This document shows positions 17,216 through 27,315 of a stretch of DNA of 47,168 nt, piece by piece. Numbering within the stretch: the first letter of the stretch is position 1; the number at the start of each line of letters is the position of its first letter. Under the pieces are notes generated by a model. The model saw only the letters and a program-made list of their open reading frames with translations, searched no databases and was not told where the DNA came from. This stretch comes from Polyangiaceae bacterium (GTDB taxonomy: Bacteria; Myxococcota_A; Polyangia; Polyangiales; Polyangiaceae): positions 1 to 47,168 of the forward strand of contig JANRKO010000081.1 in NCBI GenBank assembly GCA_033763455.1, written 5' to 3'. Position numbers and translations under genes: made by a program.

Positions 17216-20200
17216 TTAGTGCTGGAACTTCAGCGCCCGTCCGGAGTCTCGCCAGACGTCGAGCTGCGCTTTTGCCAGCCGGCACTCGGGCAAATCTGTA
17301 AGGCCAGATTCGGCCGCCACGCGGTACCACGTGTGGGCCACCTCTAGCTTGGCTTTGGCTTGCGCCATGAGCCCCAGGTAATACGCCACGCGCGCCGCAT
17401 TCTGGGGCGACACTGCGAGCTTTACGAGAGCCTCGGCATCCATGCCCCCGACCAGATAGCGACCGAGCAACAAGGAGAGCCCCGGATCTTTGCGCTCCGT
17501 GTCTGGCGTGAAGTAGCCGACCACGCGCTTCCATTTTGGATCGCTCGTCTTTTGTGCGCGAACGAGCGAAGCCGCTCGAAGCACCCACACGAAATCGCTT
17601 TCGGTGAGAGGCCGCCCGGTGGGCTCGGCAAATTCCCAAAGCAGCTCATCCTGGCCCTGCAAAAAGGCGAGCTCCGCCAAATTCTGACGGGATTTTTGCG
17701 GCACTTTTTCCGATATCCAGCTACCGGCAGCACCCTCACCCTTTTGCTTCTTCAGCACAATGTACGCTCGCAGGAGGTTTCCGAGCTGCTCGGGACCTAC
17801 CGCCGTGATGCGTGAAAAGAGCTCAAATCCAAGCTCTGGGCGCGTGTTCGCGACGCTTTCGGCAAAACGCGCCAACCGAGGAGGGCTCAGCTTGGCATCA
17901 CGGAGGGCGTCGAACGCAAGCTTCGTCGCTTCGGCATCGCGACCCAACATGGCCGAGAAACGTTGGCTCAAGTCTTTTAGAAGAATGTCGAAGGAGGGCT
18001 GGCTTTGAGCTTCTGCTAACATTTTGGCGGCTGCGTCGTAGCGAGCTGCGCGCCAGAGAAGATCTACGTAGTTTGCTTGCGAATTTTGGGCGTTTGAGCC
18101 CCGTTGCACATCAGCTTCCACCAAAGCTACTGCTCGCTCGACATTCTTTTGGCGTACTAAAATCTGGGAAGCTACCTGCAGCGGAGCACTTTGCAGGCTA
18201 TCAACGAGGGGTTCCACCAACTTCCAAGCCTCGGGCAATTTGCCCTGCTCCATCAGGATCGAGGCTGCCCGTGTGCGCGCGGCTATGAGGGATTCCGCAC
18301 CACTTCTGGGCTCGGGAAAGAGCCACTCGCGAGTGACCTCAAGCGCTACATCGAGCTGTCCGCGTGTGCGCAGAAAATCCACGTATACCGAGCGCGCGGC
18401 CCAATCATCCTCTGTCTTGCTGAGCAGCTTCCGAAAATTCTCATCGAGGGCGCCAGCCGGAACGCCCTCGACACGGCTCAATTCGAGGACGGCGTGGGCG
18501 CGATCCGCCAGCGTCCAGCTGGGGACCTGCGACAATGCAATGAGCCGCTTCTCGTCCTGCAAAAAACCTGAAAGCCCAATGTTCTGCTGTGGGTAAGCGT
18601 TGGGGGCGGCATCAACAGCCACCCGAAGGAACTGTTCCCGGAGCAAGGCATCTGAAAGTGCCTCTCCGGCAACATTCGCAGCCATCCAACGATAGCGGGG
18701 TCGCGAATCTAGGTGCGAAAAATAGGCTTGCGCTAAGGCATATTGTGAGGCCGAGCCGGGGCGCACGCCCGCCGCCAATGCAACATACAGCGGTTCCCAG
18801 CCAACGCCGCCAATTTCCCGAAGCTTTTGCGCCTGCGCTAATAGCTCCGGTGCGCGGCCTGCAACTTTGGGACCAGAAGCCACGTTCAACCAACGTGAGA
18901 ACTCCTCAAATACGCCGAGCTTTTGCCGACGCAAGCTCTCAACCAACGCAGCTTTTCCACTAGGATTTTCACCTACCGAAAGAGCACGCGCCCGCAGCGC
19001 CGAAAACATCAGGGTCGACAAGAATGAACGCGTGGCAGCCGACGATAAAGCATCAGCTGCACCTGCGCGCGCGCTGAGGCGCTCCGTCACCGTTTCGTAC
19101 GCAACAAAGACACTCGTGTTCGGTGCGAAAAGACGCTCAATCGCCACGCCTACCTCGGTGAGCTCCTCAGGGCGTGCGCTCGAACTTCGGATCTCAGTTC
19201 TGAAGCGAAGCGCTTGAGGATCACGAGTGAGCCCATTGGCCTCAAGCAAGAGCAGGCTCGGCAAAGCTGCCACAAACTCAGGCTGAAGCGCCCCTTCTTT
19301 TCCCCGCAAACGCGCGCACAAGACCGACGCCGTAAGTTCAGCGCCGCGAAAGTACTGGCCGCGGTAGGAGGCTTCCTCGTCCGCCTTACCAGCCTCGTTG
19401 AGGCGCACCAACCACAGCAGACGGGTTGCAAAGCTCGGAGCGTTGGCCGTGGCTAGCCGGCGCAACACGGCGTCATTTCGCGTCACAAATGCCCGCAGAG
19501 GGTGTTCGGCGCCAAGCACTTCGGATAGGCGCTCGGCCTCTGCTTCATAACCCATGGTGTACGAAAGGAGCGCGGCTGGCTCAGCGAGCGAGACCCCGGA
19601 AACCTTCTCCGCGATCGCCAGCAATGTCAGGGCGCGCGCACACACATCATCAGCAGTACCGAGACGATCCGTCGCCTGAAAACAAAGGTTCACCAACGCA
19701 CGGGCAACGCGGGGAGCAACATCTCGACCAAGGAGTTCCGAAGCGCGGAGTCCCGCGACCGAGTTGAGGCGCTGGAACGAACTTTCAATCGGCTCAAGCC
19801 ATGGTGTTTCTGTGGCCGCACTTGCCGACAATGGGGCTTCGGGGGCACGAACAATGAGCGGCCCTAGGAACTCAGCGTACTTTAGAATGGCCGCCTTGGA
19901 TTCGGCCAGCTCCGGAGCTTCGGAGAGCTCGGCGAGCTTGGTCTGGTCCCGGTACACATATTGGTGCTTCTTCTCGCTGGTCGAATGGAAATCAGCCTGC
20001 ACTCCCGCGGTGAGCATCTGGTGCACGGCTCGAAACCCGCGCGGCACGCGCGCATCAAGCTTCAACCGATAGGGAGCATCAAGTCGCTCGCGCTCGGCAC
20101 TTGCGTCCACCGTGAGGAGGCTTTTCGCGGCAGCTCGCTGCACCGGCACAGGGGATGGCGCAGGCTTTTGCTCGCACCGAACGAGCACGCCCAAGCCCAG

Positions 20201-20248
20201 AAGAACACTGAGCAATAGCTTCCAGTTGAAGGCGTGGCGCGTGGGCAT
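17216..20248 (-). CDS. Large exported TPR-like helical-repeat protein, possible lipoprotein, ~1010 aa
   Basis: N-terminal hydrophobic stretch ending LVRC; Ala/Leu-rich TPR-like helices in the C-terminal half. ATG 20248 is 4 nt after the aguA stop. Confidence 0.7.
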   Translation of the reverse strand: MPTRHAFNWKLLLSVLLGLGVLVRCEQKPAPSPVPVQRAAAKSLLTVDASAERERLDAPYRLKLDARVPRGFRAVHQMLTAGVQADFHSTSEKKHQYVYRDQTKLAELSEAPELAESKAAILKYAEFLGPLIVRAPEAPLSASAATETPWLEPIESSFQRLNSVAGLRASELLGRDVAPRVARALVNLCFQATDRLGTADDVCARALTLLAIAEKVSGVSLAEPAALLSYTMGYEAEAERLSEVLGAEHPLRAFVTRNDAVLRRLATANAPSFATRLLWLVRLNEAGKADEEASYRGQYFRGAELTASVLCARLRGKEGALQPEFVAALPSLLLLEANGLTRDPQALRFRTEIRSSSARPEELTEVGVAIERLFAPNTSVFVAYETVTERLSARAGAADALSSAATRSFLSTLMFSALRARALSVGENPSGKAALVESLRRQKLGVFEEFSRWLNVASGPKVAGRAPELLAQAQKLREIGGVGWEPLYVALAAGVRPGSASQYALAQAYFSHLDSRPRYRWMAANVAGEALSDALLREQFLRVAVDAAPNAYPQQNIGLSGFLQDEKRLIALSQVPSWTLADRAHAVLELSRVEGVPAGALDENFRKLLSKTEDDWAARSVYVDFLRTRGQLDVALEVTREWLFPEPRSGAESLIAARTRAASILMEQGKLPEAWKLVEPLVDSLQSAPLQVASQILVRQKNVERAVALVEADVQRGSNAQNSQANYVDLLWRAARYDAAAKMLAEAQSQPSFDILLKDLSQRFSAMLGRDAEATKLAFDALRDAKLSPPRLARFAESVANTRPELGFELFSRITAVGPEQLGNLLRAYIVLKKQKGEGAAGSWISEKVPQKSRQNLAELAFLQGQDELLWEFAEPTGRPLTESDFVWVLRAASLVRAQKTSDPKWKRVVGYFTPDTERKDPGLSLLLGRYLVGGMDAEALVKLAVSPQNAARVAYYLGLMAQAKAKLEVAHTWYRVAAESGLTDLPECRLAKAQLDVWRDSGRALKFQH

Positions 20249-20252
20249 ATTT

Positions 20253-21377
20253 TCAGCCTTCAGGTTCCTGTTGGGTGCTGCAGTGCAGTGTCCCAAGCCC
20301 TAGCACGAGGTCGGCCGCATGGATCCCAATCACTGGACGATCTCCAAACAGCTTTTCGAGAATGCCGAGAGCCTGGCGATCATTTTCATCGTTGAAGGTG
20401 GGCACCAATACGGCTCGATTTCCAATGTAAAAATTGGCGTAGCTTGCTGGAAGGCGGCTCCGCCCGAAGTAGATCGGACGGGGCATGGGCAGGCCGATAA
20501 CTTCGAGCGGCGTTCCAGAGGCATCTCGCGCACGGGAGAGGGCTTTTCTGGCCTCACGGAGTGGCTGGTGGTTCGCGTCGCGGCGATCGCGCTCTTCACA
20601 GATGACGACGCGCCCCGGCCCCACGAATCTACAGAAATCATCAATATGGCCGGAGGTGTCGTCCCCCACGATCCCATCTGGCAACCAGAGCACCTGCTCA
20701 ATGCCCAAACATTCTCGAAAAAGCGCCTCATAGCCTGCCTTACCAAGCCTTCTGCCACGGGCACGGGTGCCGCTCACCAAACAATTCTCAGTCGTAAGGA
20801 GCGTGCCTAGACCATCCGTATCAATCGCGCCACCCTCCAGCACTACGTGCGCACCCGTGGAAGTGACGGGCTTGATGGCTTTCGCACTAAACTGCTCTGC
20901 CACCAAAAGGCCCGCGGCATCATCCAAGCGATGGTTTGGGTAACGCGCCCAGCCATTGAACCGCCACTTAACGGCTGCGGCTCGCGGAAGCTTGGCAACT
21001 TTCCGCGGCTTTATTCGGCTCACCGAAAGCTGCTTAGATTCGGCTCGAGCAATCGCCTTACTCGTCACGAACGTCGGTAAAAAATCCCGCGTCCAGGAGC
21101 GATCCGTCTTGCAAATGACCCAATCAACGGTCTCCAGATCGACGTGCGCGCGCCGAAGTGCACTCAGCGCTACACGTTTGCCAGCGGCATCATTTACCAA
21201 AATCCGAACGCGCTCTCCTTCGGCGAGATAACGCATAGCCTCTGCAAATACCCAGCCGATGGCACCATGTTTGCCTGGAAAATCCCACGCGTTGTGCGGC
21301 CAAGCGAACCAGGTGGCGGCGTGGGGCTCCCACTCAGCCGGCATCCGGTAGCGCACCCGGGGTGCATTTGCCGTCAT
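20253..21377 (-). CDS. aguA: Agmatine deiminase family protein
   Basis: MPAEWEPH, WTRD, LEGGAIDTDG, DDTSGHID, LHCSTQQEP. Confidence 0.92.
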   Translation of the reverse strand: MTANAPRVRYRMPAEWEPHAATWFAWPHNAWDFPGKHGAIGWVFAEAMRYLAEGERVRILVNDAAGKRVALSALRRAHVDLETVDWVICKTDRSWTRDFLPTFVTSKAIARAESKQLSVSRIKPRKVAKLPRAAAVKWRFNGWARYPNHRLDDAAGLLVAEQFSAKAIKPVTSTGAHVVLEGGAIDTDGLGTLLTTENCLVSGTRARGRRLGKAGYEALFRECLGIEQVLWLPDGIVGDDTSGHIDDFCRFVGPGRVVICEERDRRDANHQPLREARKALSRARDASGTPLEVIGLPMPRPIYFGRSRLPASYANFYIGNRAVLVPTFNDENDRQALGILEKLFGDRPVIGIHAADLVLGLGTLHCSTQQEPEG

Positions 21378-22264
21378 GGCTTCGACCAGCGCTCCGTGAG
21401 GCCCGAGTACGCGTCAGTGCGACGGTCCCGGAAGAAAGGCCAAACTTGGCGGGACTTTTCCACGAGCGTTAAATCACAGTCCACCACGAGCACCTCTTCG
21501 CCCGTGCCAGCCTGTGCCAAAACCGTGCCGGTTGGATCACACACGAAAGAGTGCCCCCAAAACTCAATACTCTTCCCTTCAATCGTTTCCACGCCAACCC
21601 GATTAGCCGCGAGCACGAACACGCCGTTAGCAATCGCGTGAGACCGCTGTAGCGTTTGCCAGGCTGAAAGCTGCGTCGCGCCATGTTCGGCTTTCTCTTC
21701 GGTGAGCCAACCTATGGCAGTCGGGTAAACCAAGAGCTCGGCACCTTTGAGCGCGGTGAGCCGGGCGGCTTCAGGGTACCACTGATCCCAGCAGATTAAC
21801 GTTCCGAGCTCTACTTTGGGGGTTGGCACATTCACGAACCCGAGATCTCCCGGCGTGAAATAAAATTTCTCCTCGAACTGCGGATCATCGGGAATGTGCA
21901 TCTTGCGATACATCCCGAGGCGCTGCCCTTCGGGGCCGAAGACCACCAAACTGTTATGGTAAAGCCCGGCAGCCCGCCGCTCGAAAAACGGGACCACCAG
22001 CGTGATGCTGCACTCCTGGGCAAGCTTCGCCATGTGGGTGCACGTGGGCCCATTCAGCTCCTCGGCCAAACTGAAGTACCGCGCATCTTCGACCTGGCAA
22101 AAATAGGGGGCGGCAAACAGCTCCTGCAGGCACACGAGCTCGGCGCCTCGGGCTCGCGCTTTGCGGACATAACCAGCGGTTCTCGCCAGCATTTCTGGGA
22201 CGTCGCCCGCAAGATGCGACTGAACAAGGCCCACCCGCAGGTTCCGCGGTTCCATTGCCGGCAC
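21374..22264 (-). CDS. aguB: N-carbamoylputrescine amidohydrolase (nitrilase/CN-hydrolase family)
   Basis: E-K-C triad in LQELF, YRKMHIPDDP and ICWDQWYPE; EKFYFTPGD; 4-nt overlap with aguA. Confidence 0.9.
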   Translation of the reverse strand: MPAMEPRNLRVGLVQSHLAGDVPEMLARTAGYVRKARARGAELVCLQELFAAPYFCQVEDARYFSLAEELNGPTCTHMAKLAQECSITLVVPFFERRAAGLYHNSLVVFGPEGQRLGMYRKMHIPDDPQFEEKFYFTPGDLGFVNVPTPKVELGTLICWDQWYPEAARLTALKGAELLVYPTAIGWLTEEKAEHGATQLSAWQTLQRSHAIANGVFVLAANRVGVETIEGKSIEFWGHSFVCDPTGTVLAQAGTGEEVLVVDCDLTLVEKSRQVWPFFRDRRTDAYSGLTERWSKP

Positions 22265-22434
22265 CGTAGTTCCGAGTGTAGCCGAGGGCTACCCCTTGCC
22301 GCACTCCATGCACGGCACCCGTCAGCGGAAGGTGCCTGCACTTCTAGAAGCAGCCGCCTTGGGCCCCTCGGGGGCATAAAATGCCGACTTCGATGCACCC
22401 GAGAGGGATGGATGCTAAAACCTCAGACTTAACA

Positions 22435-23205
22435 ATGCGACACCTTTCCGTTGCCAAGCAGCCATCGACACGGCGTTACTGCCCTTCTTTTTTTGGTCGC
22501 AGCGGGCGGGGCCTGTGGGTTTTGTGTGCAGCCGTTTCGGGGTTGAGCCTGAGCGTTGGTTGTGGAGGGCGCAGCGGGATGGAGGATCTCGAAGGCTTCG
22601 AACCAATCGGTGGTTCGGGCGGCTTTGGCGGTAGTGGTGGTTCGGGGGGTGTACGCGTGGGCGGCAGCGGCGGGCAACCTGTAACTGGCGGTGTCGGGGG
22701 TGGCGTTCCGGCAGGGGGCGGCGGCGGTTTTCCTGCAGGTGGTTTTGGTGGCGTCCCAGCTGGTGGCTTCGGTGGCGGTGGGTTTCCTGCAGGTGGTTTT
22801 GGTGGCGTCCCTGCTGGTGGCTTCGGTGGCGGTGGGTTTCCTGCAGGTGGTTTTGGTGGCGTCCCAGCTGGCGGCTTCGGCGGATTCACAGGGGGTGCCC
22901 CTGCCGGTGGTTTCGGTGGGTTCATAACCGGTGGCGCTCCTGCTGGTGGCGCTGGGGGAGGCACCAACCCCATCGATTGTTTGAGCTGTGCGGTCAACCA
23001 ATGTCCAGCCGCTTCGGTGTGCTTTCAGAACCCCACGTGCCTGAACGGTACTGTCTGCGCTCTTAACGGTTGCTTCAACAATCAAGGCTTCGATTTCGGT
23101 TGCGTGCTCGGCTGCTTCGGAGGGGATGTGAACGCCGCCACCCAGGCGTTCTCGGCCTTCGCGTGCATCACGCAATCGTGCCCTTCGGCGTGCGTCGGGC
23201 AGTAG
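22435..23205 (+). CDS. Gly-rich-linker, Cys-rich lipoprotein (start uncertain, 22381-22435)
   Basis: Lipobox LSVGC, long GGF/PAGG linker, 12-Cys C-terminal domain. Confidence 0.75.
   Translation: MRHLSVAKQPSTRRYCPSFFGRSGRGLWVLCAAVSGLSLSVGCGGRSGMEDLEGFEPIGGSGGFGGSGGSGGVRVGGSGGQPVTGGVGGGVPAGGGGGFPAGGFGGVPAGGFGGGGFPAGGFGGVPAGGFGGGGFPAGGFGGVPAGGFGGFTGGAPAGGFGGFITGGAPAGGAGGGTNPIDCLSCAVNQCPAASVCFQNPTCLNGTVCALNGCFNNQGFDFGCVLGCFGGDVNAATQAFSAFACITQSCPSACVGQ
22726..22884 (+). repeat. 54-bp coding tandem repeat, ~3 copies (GFPAGGFGGVPAGGFGGG)
   Basis: Near-identical units start at 22726, 22780 and 22834. Confidence 0.9.
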
Positions 23206-23227
23206 AAAGCTCAAGCGAAGGGCTCCC

Positions 23228-26200
23228 GTGAAGCTCGGTTGGCTCTCCCGCTCGCTTCTGCTCGGCAGCTTCGTCTTGCTGCTGGGAGACCCCGGCTTTG
23301 CCCAATTCGACCCACGTGGGCGCCACCGCTCAAAACCCAAAGCGGGCGCCACTACAAGCAAACGCCCTCCCTCGCAGGCAAAGCCGAGCGCTCCGTCAAC
23401 ACCACCGCAAACCAGCACCGCAACAGAGCCGAAGAGTGAAGCGCTCATAGCAAGGTATACGGGCATCGTACTCAGCCAACCTGAAGCCCAATTCCCCATC
23501 CGGCGCCTGTCTGACCTCTACCGCCAGCGCGATGGCAAGCTTGATCGGCTAATCGCGGAATTTGAAGAACGCGCGCGCGCAGATACCGACGAAGGAGCGC
23601 GAGCATTGGTGGCGTTAGCTGGGATTTTGCGGCAGGCGGGCAACTACCCGGAAGCGCAAGCCACGTATGAACAGGCCATTTTGAAGCGCCCAAAGGATCC
23701 GGCACCAGAGCTTGCGCTGGCGGAGTTGTTTAAGGAGCAAGGTGATTTCGCGCGTGCTCGGCAGGGTTACGAACGTGCGCTTTTGAACATCAAAGCTCCC
23801 AGTGCTCGCGAGCCCGTTCTGCGCACCCTACTTACGCTCTGTCTCGACCTTGAAGACTACGCCTGCGCCACCGAGAGTCACCGTGGGCTCGTGAAGGTGG
23901 CGCGTGGCTCCATCCTTGTAGAGGCCGAGCTCGGACGTGAGTTATTGCAGCGCGCACGCTACGAACGCGCCGTCGACGAATTCCGCCGTGTGGTACGGCT
24001 AGCAGCAGGCGACAATCGGGTGCTTTTGCCAGCTCTTCGAGACCTCGGGCGCGCATTGGCAAAAGCTGGCAAAACTGAAGACGCCCTCACCGAACTCCAC
24101 AAAGCTCTCAATATTGCCGGACAATCTGGGATTGTTACGGAGGTCTACCAGACGATAGGAGACATCTATCGCGGTCAAAATCGCCTACCTGAATTGATCC
24201 GGGAGCTCGAATTACGCGGTGGTAAGGATTGGGACAGGCAGAAGCTTCTAGCAGAACTCTACGAAGAAACAGGTCGGCTGCAAGATGCACAGAAAACCTA
24301 TGTAGCCCTCGGGGCACAACGGCCCAAAGATGTCGCCACACGCCTCAAGATTATCAGCCTTTTGGAACTCGAAGGCAACCTGAAGGGTGCGATTAGCGAA
24401 TACGAGAAGCTGCGCGCGGCTGAGCCACGCAACCCCAACTTCGTGTTTCGCTTAGTGGAAGCACTCTTGCAGCAGGGCGAACGCGCGCGCGCTCTAACCG
24501 AGCTCGAAACGCTCGAACAGCGAGCTTCCGGCGATGAACAAGTACTGACAACGCTCGTTAACTTCTACGAGCGCTTGGGCAACCCCGCACGTGCGACTCA
24601 GATCCTTGAAAAGATCACCTCAGGTGCGGGGAGAGATCCTCGACACTTGGTGGAGCTCGGCAGCCGCTACTGGGAAGCAGACGATAAAAACCGTGCCCAG
24701 AAAACTTGGAAGCTGGTCGAACACGCGGGCAGTGATCGGGCGGCCAATCTGCTCATATTGGGGGATGTTTACCTTCAGCACGACCTCACCTCCGACGCGC
24801 TTTTTGCATACCGCGAAGCCAGAAAGCTCCGACCCAATGATCGAGCTATCGAGCGCGCCTACGCTCTAGCGTTAGAACGAGCAGGCGCCCAAGGCACCGA
24901 AGCAGCTCGTCGCCGTTTCTACCAAGACGCGGGAGAGGTGTGGTTCGGCTTGTTGAAGAAGGGTTCTCCCGACCGGCACGCCCAGCGCGAAGCGCGAGCG
25001 CATATTGTCACGCTCTGGAGTCTCGATCACTCGATAGAGGGGCGTCCGCAGGCTCTTCGCCTTCAGTTAGAGCAGAAGCCGCCGAATCTGGAAGCGGGGC
25101 GCTTATTAGCCGAGGTTCAGATAAAATTGGGGCAACCAGAACAAGCGGAAACGACCCTGCGGAAGGTGCTCGCTTTGGCTCCGGGCGACATCGATGGCTG
25201 GCTCACACTTGAGAAAACCTTAGCAAAGCTCGGGCGGCTAGAGCAGGCCCTCCGCGCGCTCGAACAACTGGTTATCTTGGATCCTACAAATGCGCGGCAG
25301 TACTACCAACGCATGGCCGAACATGCAGGTGCACTTTATCGCGATAAGGACGCATTGCGCTACGCCGCCCGAGCTCTTGAGCTCAACCCGGACGACGCTG
25401 AGGGGCATCGGCGCCTCGGCGAAATGTACAGGAAGCGAAATCTTCCGCAGCTTGCGATCGATGCCTTTCGCAAAGCTATCTCCAAGAACGATCGCCTTTT
25501 TGCGGTATATTTCGACCTCGCCGACCTTCTCTTGTCCGAAGGGCAAGCCACAGACGCCGATCGGCTGATGCGGCGAGTGATGCGAACGGCGGTGGACGAT
25601 GAACTTCTCGCCCGTGCGGTGCGCATGAGTTCGCAGATCAACGTGAGCGCTGGCACGCTGCCGGACTTGGAACGTGAGTTATTTCAAGTAACGCTCTCGC
25701 ACCCGAACAAGCCCCTTTACCGCGAGCTACTGATTGAGCTCTACGGCACACTCGCCTTCCCGCTCATCTCCGCGGCATCAGGCACCGACCCGGAAGTTCA
25801 AAAAGCGAGTGAACTGGCGCTAGCGGAACTCGGCGAACGCGCGGTGAAGCCACTCTTGGACGCGCTCATTGATCCAAAGAGCAAACAGAAGCAAATCGCG
25901 ATCGAGCTTTTGAGCTATATCCACAACCAGGGCGCAGGCCCGGCGCTGGTTACCTTCGCAACGGGTGATTCCGATGTGCAACTGCGCACGCGCGCCATGC
26001 TCGCTGCCGCGAACCTTAAAGATCCCAGCCTTCTACCACGCTTCGAACAGGTGCTGTTTGTGAAGGGCAAGTCGCGGGCGTTTGAAGGGGACCCCGTAAG
26101 CGTGGCAGCAGCTTTCGCCATCGCAACCCTGCCGAATTCCAAGGCGGCCCCGCTCCTTGTGAGTTTGCTGAAGACTGATTCGCCGTCCATCAAAGCGGTG

Positions 26201-27310
26201 GCAGCGCTCGGGCTTGGCGCCCTCAAATACAAACCTGCTACGGCCACATTGGTGAGCTTGTGTCGTTCGACACTCAACGCTCCTGTGGTACGTGCGGCGG
26301 CCGCCCGTGCGCTCGCCCAAATGGGTGATAAGTCGACGGAGGTCGTTCTGAAAGAATTGGTGGGTTCCTCCGAGGCTACGCTCCGCCAGAGCGCGCTATT
26401 GGCCCTCGCCTCATTATCTCAGAACCCTGATCCTACCCCATTTGCACTCGCACTTCTGGATTCCGATCGCCAGACTCAACAAGTCGCTAAGCTCGCCAGC
26501 CTCATACGCACGACTAGAAGAACGGTGTGGTCAAACGGCTTAGCCTCCCCACGGGGTTCTCGCGTAGACGCGCTGGAACTCCTGGAGCTTGCTCCCAACT
26601 TAACTCAATTTTCGAACACGGAACGCGCCCAGGCGATGCTTTGGTTGAGCCCCACGCTCCTCGAAGTCGCAACCAGCCAAGCTGGCTCCTCTGTAGAAGC
26701 CGCTCGCACCGTAGCTCAGAGTATTGGCGGCACACGCACGGCACCCCTGTTCCTGCCGCTCATGGACTCGACTTCGGGCATTCCCTCCGACCTAGAAGCC
26801 CAGGTTTCCAAAGTTACCCAACAGCTAGTGGTGGCCTTGGTCGAACCGTTCGAGGCCCTTGTGACACATCCAGAAAGCGATATCCGAAGGCTCGCACTCG
26901 AATTTCTGGGGCAAAATGGAGATGATCGCGCGCTTGCCGCCGTGGTGCGAGCGCTCAACGATCCGTCGGAGTCGGTGCGTTTTGTAGCGCTCAACGTGCT
27001 CACTGCTAGAAAGGCGCACTCCGGAGCGTCCGAGATCGCCAAAGTGCTCACGGAAGCGTCTTCGTGGGTGCTTAGGTTGCGCGCAGCGCAGGCACTTGAA
27101 AGCATCGGCGTTCCCGCGAACACGGGCGTCCTTCTGGCCCTCCGCGCGCGGGCCCAAAAGGACCCCTACGCATTGGTGCGCGGAGCGAGCCTGCAAGCGC
27201 TCAGCGTGCTCGATCGATCCAACAATAAGGCCCTGTTGGAGGCGCGCTCGCGGGTAGATCCTGATGAAGATGTGCGGAACACGGCCCGGACTCTGCTACA
27301 AGCTCCGTAA
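23228..27310 (+). CDS. Exported TPR- and HEAT-repeat protein, 1360 aa
   Basis: Signal-peptide-like N-terminus, many TPR units (e.g. ALELNPDDAEGHRRLGEMY), and C-terminal HEAT units (VRAAAARALAQMGD, DPDEDVRNTA). Confidence 0.85.
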   Translation: MKLGWLSRSLLLGSFVLLLGDPGFAQFDPRGRHRSKPKAGATTSKRPPSQAKPSAPSTPPQTSTATEPKSEALIARYTGIVLSQPEAQFPIRRLSDLYRQRDGKLDRLIAEFEERARADTDEGARALVALAGILRQAGNYPEAQATYEQAILKRPKDPAPELALAELFKEQGDFARARQGYERALLNIKAPSAREPVLRTLLTLCLDLEDYACATESHRGLVKVARGSILVEAELGRELLQRARYERAVDEFRRVVRLAAGDNRVLLPALRDLGRALAKAGKTEDALTELHKALNIAGQSGIVTEVYQTIGDIYRGQNRLPELIRELELRGGKDWDRQKLLAELYEETGRLQDAQKTYVALGAQRPKDVATRLKIISLLELEGNLKGAISEYEKLRAAEPRNPNFVFRLVEALLQQGERARALTELETLEQRASGDEQVLTTLVNFYERLGNPARATQILEKITSGAGRDPRHLVELGSRYWEADDKNRAQKTWKLVEHAGSDRAANLLILGDVYLQHDLTSDALFAYREARKLRPNDRAIERAYALALERAGAQGTEAARRRFYQDAGEVWFGLLKKGSPDRHAQREARAHIVTLWSLDHSIEGRPQALRLQLEQKPPNLEAGRLLAEVQIKLGQPEQAETTLRKVLALAPGDIDGWLTLEKTLAKLGRLEQALRALEQLVILDPTNARQYYQRMAEHAGALYRDKDALRYAARALELNPDDAEGHRRLGEMYRKRNLPQLAIDAFRKAISKNDRLFAVYFDLADLLLSEGQATDADRLMRRVMRTAVDDELLARAVRMSSQINVSAGTLPDLERELFQVTLSHPNKPLYRELLIELYGTLAFPLISAASGTDPEVQKASELALAELGERAVKPLLDALIDPKSKQKQIAIELLSYIHNQGAGPALVTFATGDSDVQLRTRAMLAAANLKDPSLLPRFEQVLFVKGKSRAFEGDPVSVAAAFAIATLPNSKAAPLLVSLLKTDSPSIKAVAALGLGALKYKPATATLVSLCRSTLNAPVVRAAAARALAQMGDKSTEVVLKELVGSSEATLRQSALLALASLSQNPDPTPFALALLDSDRQTQQVAKLASLIRTTRRTVWSNGLASPRGSRVDALELLELAPNLTQFSNTERAQAMLWLSPTLLEVATSQAGSSVEAARTVAQSIGGTRTAPLFLPLMDSTSGIPSDLEAQVSKVTQQLVVALVEPFEALVTHPESDIRRLALEFLGQNGDDRALAAVVRALNDPSESVRFVALNVLTARKAHSGASEIAKVLTEASSWVLRLRAAQALESIGVPANTGVLLALRARAQKDPYALVRGASLQALSVLDRSNNKALLEARSRVDPDEDVRNTARTLLQAP

Positions 27311-27315
27311 CCCCC

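Noticed and set aside
22726..22884. Tandem repeat as a CRISPR array
   Set aside because: No unique spacers; it is an in-frame 54-bp coding repeat.
22429..23499. Pro-rich and repeat-bearing antisense ORFs (22429-23499, 22476-22997; likewise 44944-45579, 46592-47062)
   Set aside because: These are shadows of Gly-rich sense genes in high-GC DNA.
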